NCBI GenBank assembly: GCA_051362555.1
Contig: CM120645.1
Coordinates: 13,702,001-13,766,000, forward strand
Source of the DNA: Lingula anatina
Lineage: Eukaryota > Animalia > Brachiopoda
Direction: 5' to 3'
Length of the DNA: 64,000 nt
Shown here: one piece after another, positions 36,901 to 49,298 of the stretch
Layout: each line of letters begins with the position of its first letter
Numbering within the stretch: position 1 is the stretch's first letter
Program-made: the position numbers and the translations under genes
The notes under the pieces: generated by a model
Told to the model about the DNA's origin: nothing
Seen by the model: the letters and a program-made list of their open reading frames with translations, nothing else
Databases searched by the model: none

Positions 36901-39900
36901 GTGTGTATGCTATTTATTGTGAAATATAGATCTCATACAAAGAGTTATTATCCCTTTAATATAATTAATATTGTGTGGGCAATAGATTCACCTAGCTTTT
37001 AGTTTCTTAGAGATTTTAATATCTTAAAGGGATAATAACTCTTCGTATGAGATCTATATTTCACAATAAAAACCTTGTGAATAACTGATAGAAATATAAT
37101 ATATTCTATTTTACCACAAAAACAGCAGTTATAGCTATTATTCTGATATCTGAGCTTGTCTTGACCTCCATTGATGGCTATACTCTGTTAAAATCTCTTA
37201 AGAGATTTTAACAAAAAACCAAACTTTTTAGAAAAAAACCAGGGACCAACTTTGAATGTAAAATGGATTCATTAACCATTGGAAAGTATGGGAAAATTGT
37301 TGTTTACTCCAGGAAAATTCATTTTTTGGCCGAAACGAAGAGTTATTATTGCTTTAAGCAGTATCTGCTATATAATTAAAATAGCCACTGTTACGTAACA
37401 TAAAAGATCAAAGTAAAATGTAAATTCTGTGTATTATTGCTATCGACATGTTCAAGTTATCCCTCAATAATTTAACTTCTCCACTTACCTTAACGAATTT
37501 TGCTATCACAGCCTTCTCTATAAAAGCAACAGTGAGATCCGGGTGATTGAGTTTTGCCACGTCCAGTGGGGTGTCGCCATCGTCGTCTGCCGCCTTAGTG
37601 TCCGCCCCTGCTTCCACCAGTAGTTTCACAATTTCTCTGTTACCTCGCATGCAGGCCAAGTGCAGCGGTGTCAGTTTGTACGCATCGCGGACGTCAGTCG
37701 CAGCTCCAATCTCCAGAAGTTTCTCCACCACAGCGGGGTGTTGTTCTAGAACGGCGTGGTGGAGCGGGGTTAGATCCTCGGGTGCGTAATCTTCACACTG
37801 ATAATACTTGTCTTTAATCTTATTTACAATGTCATCGGGGGGATCTTTTCCCCATCCTGAACGCAACACCTCCCCGTAATCTGCCACATCTAATCTTCCT
37901 CCTTTTGATTTCTCCAAGAAGGCAACAAGAAGCTTCCTCTTGACCAGAACACAATGCCACACGAGTCTTTCTCCATGTTTACCGCACACTATATAGACCG
38001 AATTCCCGCAATGATTACCGCGTTTGTTCATCAATCCAGGCTGTTTTCTCAGAATGGCATCCAAACACTGCACTTGTCCACTGCCTGCTGCCAAGTGGGT
38101 TGCATTTTTGCCTTCGTTGTTTAGAACAGCTGGATCCGCCTTATGTTCATTTAGCAAATACTTTACCACATCAACATGACCATTTCTAGACGCTTCACAC
38201 AGAGCGGTGTTCCCGTATTTGTCTTGAATATTTGGATCAATCCTACGTTCATGATTCCTTCTTAGAACGGCATCCAAACATTGTACTTTTCCACTACTTG
38301 CGGCACAGTGGGCTGGATTTTGTCCATCATTATTTTGAATGGTAGGATCTGCACCACCTTCATTTAACAGACATTCCACGACGTCCAGGCCGACATTATT
38401 GAAAACTGCAATATGTAGAGCCGTGTTTCCGTTTTTGTTCTGAATACTTGGGTCCGCCTTATGTTTATTTATCAAACACTTTACCACATCAACATGGCCA
38501 TTTCTTGATGCTTTGCACAGAGCGGTGTTCCCGTACTTGTCTTGAATATTTGGATCAATCCTATGTTCATGATTCCTTCTTAGAACGGCATCCAAATATT
38601 GTACTTGTCCACAACGTGCGGCACAGTGTACTGGGTTTTCTCCATCATTATTTACGATGGTTGGATCTGCTCCGCCTTCATCTAACAGACATTCCACGAC
38701 GTCCAGGCCTGCATTACTGAGAACTGCAATGTGTAGAGCAGTGTTTCCGTTTTTGTTCTGAATACTGGAGTCCGCCTTATGTTTATTTATCAAACACTTT
38801 ACCACATCAACATGACCATTTCTTGATGCTTCACACAGAGCGGTGTTCCCGTATTTGTCTTGAATATTTGGATCAACCCTACGTTCGTAATTCCTTCTTA
38901 GAACGGCATCCAAATATTGCACTTGTCCACTGCTTGCGGCACAGTGTGCTGGATTTTGTCCATCATTATTGAGGATGGTTGGATTTGCCTCGCCTTCATC
39001 TAACAGAAATTCCACGACGTCCAGGTCGACTTTATTGAAAACTGCGGCGTGGAGAGCCGTGTTCCCGTCCTTGTTCTGAATATTTGGGTCAGCATTATGT
39101 TCATTTATCAAACACTTCACCACATCCACATAACCATTTCCAGATGCCAAATACAGAGCTGTGTTCCCGTACTTGTTCTGATAACTGACATCGATTCCGT
39201 CCATTGCTGCCATTTCTTTCACTAACTCGACGTGACCGCCGCATGCGGCACACACCAGGGTATTGCTGGTCACAGGTAAACCGTGGCGCTGTAGCCTGTG
39301 GTATATATTTCTGAAGTTACCTAATGCTTCCACATCAAGACATGATACATCTCCCGAATTTGACAACGCACTTTTCTTGATGTCAATATTTGGTAGATCA
39401 GTGAGGTACTCCACTACGTCATCGTACCCCATCCTACAGGCACGACCCAGGGCTGTTTCACCATCATCTGTGACAGCATTCAGGTCTGCACCCATTTTGA
39501 AAAGCAGCTCCACGCCATCTAGGAATCCTACACCGGCGGCATAGTGCAGTGGGGTAAAATTATCTGAGTCAGTAATTTTTACCAAATTATGGTCACGAGT
39601 GCAGAGTTTTTTTAGCTCATCCATTCTCTTATTTCTTATGACCTTGTGAATTGGTTTCAATTCACTCTCAAGTTTTCCTACAAAATCAATTCGGTCTGCC
39701 ACACTCTTGTGATGTTTCTTTAAAGCTATCTCTTTGGCAGTACAGCCATCCAGCTCACCAGTGTGAGTGCCGTTTGTGACCTGCGTGGAAAGTGTCGCCC
39801 AATCAAAATGTCTGAATATTGTCAGAACTGCATGTTCGTTATTGTGAAACGCTGCAGCGTGTAGAACATTGAATCCATTATCATCCCTGTACTTAAGGAC

Positions 39901-42223
39901 TTCGCTTCTGTCCACCTGGCGGGCAGTCCTATCTAGCTCGTACCAAAACTTAGGCTGTGAGATCAGTGCATACAGGCGACGTAACGGATCAGGTATCACT
40001 GAAATATCTTCCGTTTTTTCTCCTGAAATGAAGGGATGTTTTCTTTATCTTTAAATTAAAGCAAACTGTCTTCTTTGTAATAAACACAAACATTTGACAT
40101 ACGCCGTCTTATCTCATACTTCTTGGCTTCCATAATAAGGACACCACATATTCGTCCTTTTTCGAATAAGTTTGTCATTTTTTTTTTTTTTTTGCTACAT
40201 GAAGAGCCTCAGGGATTTGCAGTTGATAAAATCACCACCATCTCAATATCATTAACTTCTGAATAGGTATGTGATACAAAATAAACGTTAATGTCAATAT
40301 TCAATGTTAGCAGGTCAACATCAACTTCATAATACAATATGAGCCTATCCATAAAAAATATGAACATGTACATATACATTTTGGTTGAAATGCCTTTCAT
40401 CTGTAAATAAAGCTAAACAGAATTTGACTTAGCAGCACTGACATCACTTTCCTACTTAACCCAAAAATGAAAATCCATCCTCCTACATGTACATAGAGTA
40501 TTAAATTACGTTTATTGTATAAACTGAGACTATATTAACCAATGTATTTCAGAAAAGATTTTAGTGATGGAGAACTGTGTAGAGGTATTACATGTTCGTG
40601 TTTTGTCGACACATTTTCTACACATTTTTTGCTAAATCTCCATGCACGTTCAGCTTTTTGAGATTTAAATAAGTTAAATTCTACTGTTGCGGGTAAAATT
40701 TAAAAGTCACTCTATATACCTAGAGTGATCGAAAGTACAGATCTAAAAGAATTGCTTTAAATCTAAAGATTGTAATTTTGTCAACGATTTTTGTATTGTG
40801 ATTGGCGGGGTTTGGGGCGTGAGAATATATAAAAACATATTTTGATACATTGTAAGGTCATTGTGTGTATTAAATTACACCTTTTCGTTGCCACGTGTAT
40901 TGCCTGATTTGGAATGAAACTCGATATATTTCTACAATTTATGTAACTTACGGGCATCCAGTACTTGTGGTAGCGTCACTACAGCAAATATTTGTTATTA
41001 TGCACTATATTAATCAAAATTGTCTTGGTACAGAATATTAAGACGGAAGAATTCAAATGTGGATTTTGTGCATTGTTTAGCAAAAATTGGTGTCTACAAA
41101 TTTATAATAGAATTTAAATGTGTTATGCACATATAGGTCACAATGTGTATATATTTCTCTCCTTTTGAAAAGAGACAGGGCGAAAGTTCCTTGATCCGCC
41201 CCTTAATGTGGTAGTACTTACCTTGGACTGGCACAACATCCAACATTTCATCCACATCCCTCGCGATCGTATAATCTCTCTGAAGAAGACTGTTGCTGTC
41301 TCCTATTTGGATGTTGTTGCTTTGGTTGATGCTAATTGTCTGTATGTTTGGATTAGTAAGTTTGCTTGGCACTGGAAAAACCAGGTCATAATAAATTAAT
41401 CATTCAACAGCATGTCCATTCTCATTTGAAATAAATTCAAGTTTGGGCTGCTGCACTGAATTGGACGGCACTCAATTTTCATATAAAAAAACACGTTTCT
41501 GTCAATTTGCCTACCTTCCACCGGTCCCCATGATTCTTGTCGGGTCTGATTCACAACCACAAGCTCTAAAACATCGTTGGTTTTATGTCCTAGGGCAAGT
41601 AGAATTTCTTCATCTTCTATTTCTGCTCCTTTGCCCTCTAAAACAACGAAAAGCCTTTCTTCTTCCCCATAACCTAACATATAGACATTAGATAACCGTA
41701 TAACATCAAATTAATAAAAACATTACCTCTACCCTTTTGGTATAATAGCCTACGGTTTTATTGAACTTAAATATTTGCTCGTTTGAACACCCTTCACTTT
41801 TACGGATTTGGGTTATAAAAATAAGAGGTCTCATATTTTCGAGAAACGAAAGGTGCAGTATAGGGCAATTAACATTAACTTGCTTAATCTCATTGTCTAT
41901 CATTTCTCGATGGGGATATGACTCCGCTTTTGTAATCTCCCGACTCTAGTCAGCATTTTGTTCCGTCTTCCAAAGCAGGTATAAATAAATATTTTACATG
42001 ATTTTTGCAATTTTTATTTTTTTGGAGTACTTTGCCATGTCACAGTGACAATTATATATGTAGACTAGGTTTTAAAAATGCAACAACAAAAAATATATTG
42101 GCGAAAACGTCGGTACTTACCAAACAGCATTCTAGCGTCTTGTAGCAGTGCCTCCATTGTTGTTAACTTACACGTTTTCTTCTTCTGACGGTCACATGAG
42201 TAGATGATACAAGGGGTGGCCAT
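36017..42223 (-). CDS. Paralog 3: intact CIDE-N-like/RHIM/ankyrin-repeat protein (~1053 aa)
   Basis: Exons 42223-42121, 41673-41515, 41371-41222, 40022-37489, 36596-36497, 36132-36017; all GT-AG; 3162 nt in one open frame ending ...TKKTDEEE*. Confidence 0.88.
37028..37353. mobile_element. TTAA-targeting MITE (Kolobok-like AG...CT ends) in intron 4 of paralog 3
   Basis: TIRs AGGGATAATAACTCTTCGT / ACGAAGAGTTATTATTGCT; TTAA TSD at 37024-37027 and 37354-37357; the empty site ATCTTAAACAGTATC is present in paralogs 2 and 4. Confidence 0.85.
41222..41371 (-). CDS. Paralog 3 exon 3: RHIM exon (TISINQSNNIQIGDSNSLL)
   Basis: 150 nt, phase 1-1. Confidence 0.82.
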
Positions 42224-44584
42224 CTTCCTGGTGGAAATGATAATGAATACCCCCAAGAATTGTTTGCCCAAAAAGACGTATAACGTGCATATATTTTGGT
42301 GCATGTTTCCACATCATAAATAACGATTTGAGTAATGTTAGGCGAGGGGCATGTAACATGAACATATGCTGCTTGTGTAATTCATGTATTAGATTATCAT
42401 ACTTTTTTATTCAAAGGGCTGAATTGAAACCGGGCTCAGGGAAAAGTCGCGGAGTTGCGCCTTGGGTTTGAACAGAGTTAATAGTCGCAGTATTCTCTCT
42501 GTAATCAACATACCGTAGCTGTCATGTTGTATCATGTTGTTAAAACAGGCATACAAATAGGTTTTTGTTGAATACGATACACAAAAACAACATATTTACA
42601 ACATCAAACACTCCAAATAAAGAAGATATGTGTCAAATTCAACGTCAAACACACGCCCCAGTACGTAGTGTCGCCGACACGACAGAAATTATTAAGAAGT
42701 TATCATTTTCATATTTCCACGATGTTTTTGTTTTGTTCAGATTGTATTAGATGAGAAATTACTAGCAGTGCTCAATACGGTAATGTGTTCAATTATTCAT
42801 ATAGTCAGTTGTAAAAAAGGCGATGTAGCACGTGCTCTGCGCGGTCATTTATTACTTACTCGCAGAGTAAAGGTATGGTTTGATATTTAAAGTAGCTTGC
42901 ATAACAGTTTATTAACTACATGTATTTTAAGTGTAATTTCGAGCTCACTTTACTTAGAAGTATCTTTGTTTATTATAATAATAGTAATTTTTATTATACT
43001 AATTTACATGGTTTTCATAATTAGAATTAATCATGTAGGCCTACGGTTATTGTGATTATATAAAAGAGTTTGTTGTTATGAATGAGGTATTTTTGCCTTA
43101 GAGACAAGGCATTTTCATGAACAACACGTACAAGTATTTCATGTGATTAATAAGTTGCAGTAACAACTCAGCTGGTCCACGCAACAACTAAAGCAAAAGT
43201 AAATACCATCGCTACACATAGGAGGATCTACTGAAGGTGAGGGTTGTATTGTTTAGCTATGAAATGCGGCCCGGATGCACGCCTTCATCTCCACTTCAAA
43301 CCAGCCACACACAACTCTACTCCACTAAATGTCTGATTCGCAAAAAAGGAAATAAAAAAAGAAAAATAAATAAATTAAAAACTTTTCTTTTAAAAGAACA
43401 TGATCTCAAAAAAAAAAAGAAAAAAAAAAAAAAAAATGGCAGCAAAATTTCCAAGAGGTAGCTACGTGAAGCATTGCTCTATACACAACGTACACATGAT
43501 TAACGTTTTCAAATCTCATTTTTTTCATATCTCTGAACGTTATCCGTTGTTCAAGCAGGTATGACCTGCTAGAAGGTCCTGCCATCTCAGAGTCCACCGG
43601 ACCCTCACTTTTAAAACTAACCGGCCGGAGAAGAGTAAATTTAAAAATGGGGATCTCATGAAGCTTTTGAATCGTGTAGATTATAGCTCTCAGTATCAGG
43701 GGTCCAGTACAAAGCAAATGTTTCACATTAAAGAGTATAAACGGTTAAAGCATCAATTGTGATATCTTATACCAGCAAAAGCTACAAAACATACATATAA
43801 CAAACCCAAAAACCTTTCAGTCAGTGTCATGATAATATAGTATTAAATTTCAAAGCACCCACAGGGGTTTTAACTTCCGGCTTTTTCACCTGATAATTTA
43901 TAACATCCTTTAAAGAGCATTCACATCGAGAAAAGTTGAGGTCTAGCAAGGCCAAGACCTAATTATGGCGGACCGACATTAAGGAAGGCCGCGTAATCTT
44001 TTTAATGGTCTTCCGCCTCTCACACGGCTCCCCACGCGTCGTCAATTCAATTTACTAAACCTTTAAGCCCTCGACCGGTTTAATAGAGTCGAGATTTAAT
44101 TATTGTGCCCCTGTGAGATAACCCGTTCCTTTTTCCAGATTAAAATATACTATTCAATATGAAATACTGTTCTTCTTAGCGTCTGTTTTGAGACTTTCTA
44201 TTTGGCATTGTTGTTTAAGAAACTGAAACATTCGTGCATGTACCACTGTGTCTATGCACCAAAATTATATGTCACCACCGACCGTTGGCGACATTACTGG
44301 TTATAACTGTAATTTGATAAATCATACGGGTTTTAACGAGTGATTCGTTAGTTTTATTATATTTAAAGCATGTGACACCGATATCTTTCATTTTGATAGA
44401 AAGTCGGAGAGTGTCGATTATCTACTTCATTATTCACTGCGTGAGAGGATTTTACTGTATACCCGCTGGATATGCGGCACTCATACCTTTGCAAACTATC
44501 CTATGTACATGTTCCTCTCTCTGTGTGCTACGGCTGGTCAAATCAGTCTACCACGATCTAATGACCTGTGGTCTTTGAAATTGC

Positions 44585-44638
<54 letters not shown>

Positions 44639-44679
44639 CAGGGAACGGTGAATTTGTCTATCAAACGAGTTCGTGGTCA

Positions 44680-45527
44680 CGTTGAATTGCCGTTGATCTA
44701 CCTAAATTCAACGTAAAATCAACGTTGTTCCAGCCACGCCAAAACACCGTCGTAATGCGACGTTGACTCAACGTTGTATTTTGGTCATCGTTGTATTTGG
44801 TCATTGACACAACCCTGCAGTTATGGATTGTAATTTAAAATATTAATTATTGAAAACGTGATACTTTGTTTATAAATACTAAAACTAAATTGATCAAAAT
44901 AATAACAAAGGGGTTTTAAAGTAAAAGTGCCAGTTGTTTTGTGTCTTTAGTGAACTAGTGAATTTTCTTAACTTGTTGTTCAGAAATACATTCCAATAAA
45001 GTGAATTCCTTGCAAGGTCAGCTAACACTAGGATGAATAAGTTGCTGTAAATATGTCAATAAAGTTGCCAGTTCTTGGTAACCTGTTAAAGATAGACAGG
45101 TTGAGGTGACTGTGACTTTGTTATATATATATATATATATATATTAATCTTAACCTTGGAAATTTTAATTTAAAGGCCATACATATATACCCTACATATA
45201 TTTAACCATCAAACATGTCCTACTGCTAAACACATCCAGGCTAAAAGGGTGTACCATGCTTGGGTGCAAAATTTGCTAAGGAAATTAATGCTTTGAAAAT
45301 TTCAGACAAAGCAGGCACTTAGATGCCTTTTACAGTGTACGTTAGAATTTTTTTTTGCGTTGTAGTTTCCCGCTAGGTGGGGTTGATATAACATTGTTTT
45401 TTGACGTTGATACAACGTTGTTATCTGAGGTTGACACAACTTTCAAATCCAATGTTTATCCAATGTCTTCTCAACGTTATGGTTCAACGTTGTTTCAAGG
45501 TTAAAACAACATAATTTGCCCGCTGGG
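44680..45527. mobile_element. Second copy of the AACGTT-rich CACTA/EnSpm-like element, left terminus missing
   Basis: Collinear with 7760-7960 and 9471-10119; ends TGCCCGCTGGG. Confidence 0.7.
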
Positions 45528-46220
45528 TTTGTCATTGATACAGAATCTACTCATCTCTCTGCTTAAATTAAATTTATGCCAAAATTCACGGTAATTGTCT
45601 GACAATAAATGAATAATTATTAACGTATCCGAGCGATTTATTAACATTCATACCTTTGTAAACTTCCTTCTGGACCTCTGAGACCTCTGTGTGCTACAGT
45701 TGGTCAGTTCTGTCTACTGCAATCCTCGGATCTGTTTCTGCAGAAAAGGTGCCTCGGCGCCTCAAAATGGCGGGTATTTTTCTACCTCATCCATTGTTTA
45801 ATGTTTTGCGTTATTGTATTTTGTTTATCCGTCAGCTCACAGGGAATGCGCACAATGCCCCCCAGACTGATTTATTTTATTTGCCCCTTACAATAAATTC
45901 GGGCCCGCTTTTTATATTTATTAATTGTAAGTCTCTAGATCTTTCTCTTTCTCTTTTAAACTACACTACTTTTTACTACACTAGTACAAAGCTTGTCTCA
46001 GTTTTCACTTTACGACAGGTATTTTTCTTTTCGAGTGCCATATGTTTGTCTCCATTTTGATTAAATTGTAAGCGCACAGGGAATGAACACAATGCGATCA
46101 AAATGTGACTGCATTTATTATTTTGCTCCTATTCAAAATCGTGAGACCCCGCCTTTCATACTCAATTGACCTTGAAGTTAAGCAAGACTTTTAAATCAAG
46201 TCGCCCCGGCTTTTCTCGCC

Positions 46221-46251
<31 letters not shown>

Positions 46252-48750
46252 ACATTCATTTAGTTTAACTAATAACAGGCAGTATACTTGTAATACTCTT
46301 TCGAAGTCACACTATCTACATCTGTGGTGTACATGCACCGGCCTGACAATTGCCTTGGACGATGACACACGCCGCAGACTGGTTCTGCATGTATAGAATC
46401 TATATACTGTCTCGGTGTAAATTAAGTACATAAAACTTTTAGTAGAGGAAAACTGGAAGACGAAACCATTTTAACTATAATATGTATGGCACGGCGCTGA
46501 AAAAGAACTGTCTTGTCACAATATGCTTGATATATATATATATATATGCATGATGTTGATATGTGATTTTTGGGGGGGTGTAGAGGGGGGCTAGAAGGCG
46601 GTATTTCAGAAGCTGCGGGTGGGGCGCATGCCCCTAGTGTCGAGCCGGGGCCGAAATTACTGCTTGGTGTGGTAAACATGTTACAGAAACTCGAATGCAT
46701 TATGGACCGGTGAGACAGGAGTGGTATTCCGAGGAATTAATCCCAGGGTTCCAATACGGTTAATACAGGTTAGGGTTAGTCGGATAATACGTGGATCAGT
46801 ATATGGGGCAAATGCGTGAAAAACAGAACACTGAACATAGTTTCTCGAAGATAATTATCCCAGTCACAATGTCAATAAATAAGTAGATCCACTAGTGACT
46901 GCCACAAGACAGAAAGTAGGAGGGAACAGTGCAAGTACTTCAAGCAAACTCCTTAACTACTGCACATGGTTCTGGAGATAATGAGCTGTAATTTACAAGG
47001 AAAACTAATTAATTAAATAAATGCTTTTTATCATTCATTCACATTGATCAATTTTTATCAATATAATAGTGATGCTCTTGAATGTGTACCAACTAATTCG
47101 TTGCCGATAGCACCAGCAGATAGCAGCACCATACAGAGTCTGATTAAAAACTTTCATGGCAATTGAAGAAGTTTTACCACTGTACAATGGAGTCCAAAAA
47201 AGCACTTGGCACAAATGTGAAACTGCCCAGTGCAAGGCCAAGAATTCAATCAGTATTTTCAATCATATTATCAGATTCTACATGGTTACTTGAACACACA
47301 TGGTTGTGAAGACGGTATAAATTTACAAAATGCAACAGAAGACACGTGTGATTTTGTAGAAATGGTGCAAAATGATATCTACGCCTCAAACTTTGATCTC
47401 GAAGACACAGAGACCATGGTGCAGAATTCCAGCTGTGATATAGGAGGTGACGGCACGGTAGATAATGAACTGTATATTTACATGTACAGTGAATAATGAA
47501 TTGTCTCGCAAATTGCACAAGCATCCCTAGCTTGATCATATAGGATTTGTAAACGCACAACAATCTTCAGATCTCTGAATAAACATCCAGATATCAAAAA
47601 CATGATTTCAAGTTAAACACGGGTTTTGCACTGGCCGTTGAACGTGTCTGTAGAATATAAGTTAGAAAATAAGAAGGCCGACAAATATAAAATGCACACA
47701 TCATATATAAATGCATTAAATGTATTTCATTTATTGTAAGCTATAGGATGTTGGATGGCAAAAATTTGATCCAGTTGTGTTTACATGAAAAAAAAAACAT
47801 TCCATCATACAACCTACGAATTAATTATCCAATAAATATAAAGAATACTTGCAAGCAATATGCCTTTCAATATACACCAAGATAAATCATCGATAGACTG
47901 TTAAAACAAAATGGAAGAAAATTTCCTCAATTTTTTTCTCTTCCCGTGGATACGCAAATTGTTTTTGGTAAGCAAAAGTTGTAGATGATTTTTTACTATT
48001 GTTTTGGTCATTTTAATAAATAGATAAATGATATAATATGATGCGTATTACTGTTAATCCGTATATATAAAACCAATGTTACGGCATACTATAACAATCT
48101 TAAATTTTGAATATGCAGTTTCTAAGATCATGTTCTAACACAAGCTTAATGGTCTCATCGGAGAAGTAAGACCAACTACAAATATGCCTCTTAAAGATAC
48201 CCGGCATCTTTATGCTACAAACCCTAAATGTTCAATCTTTTAAAGATTACAGTAAAATAGCATCGTGTTAGCAATCACACGGCACATAGTATTACAGCTG
48301 CATTATATATTTTAAATGATTAATGATTCACAACAAGTGCATATTCAAAGCACACCATATCTTGTCAAAGAAAAAAAATACATTACTCCCATTACAATCG
48401 CACAAAGTTGTGGATAGCAATATACGGCTATTTTTTTTTTTTCAAATCTACAAATGCATAATTTTATTAATCGATTAATTGATAAATATGCGAACTGTGG
48501 CAATAATTCAATAGCTATAGTATGTACATGAATAAATAGCACACTTTTCCCCATCTGTTATGTAAACTAAAGAGAAACTAACAAGCAAGGCATGGGTTCA
48601 TTTAATTGTCACCTGCATGTTTGCTTCTCTGGAAGGTGATAAACAACGTATTTGGCTCTAAAAGTTTTCACAACTACAGTTCAAAGATATCTACAACACT
48701 GCGCCAACTTTGTCGTTTCCTGAAATACCTATATTTCTTTTAAAACACAA

Positions 48751-48784
<34 letters not shown>

Positions 48785-49298
48785 GGATACATACATAACA
48801 TGTATATATTATATACCATGGCATATTGTACAGAGAGAGAGAAAAAGAGAGACTAAAATGCACTTTTAGAAACGATGTGCTAATAATATGAAGTCACTTA
48901 AAGTGCAATGTCGCCATTTTGAAAACACCCCGCCTTGCTTTAACATTCTGAAGTACATCTACTAAACAGAAACCCACTTCTCGTTCCTAAAAAAAAAAAT
49001 CAAATAAAATTTGCATAAATTATTATTCTTCGCATAAATTACTACTGGTCTTTCTACTTTAATTTCTTGCATGTTATGAGGGAACATTAGATGAAAGAAA
49101 TAGATAGAATCATATTTGTAGGAACTTATTTTCTACATTTCCCATTTACAGGTTTGCATTATACGTGTCTCTCTTATTACTAAAATCAGAATATTAGCAC
49201 TGGCTATTAAGATTCCATCATTGTGTATGAATCGATTATGAAAAAGGTCAATGAATTGGTACCCTTACACCGCACGATAATGGTTCGAATACCTCAAT

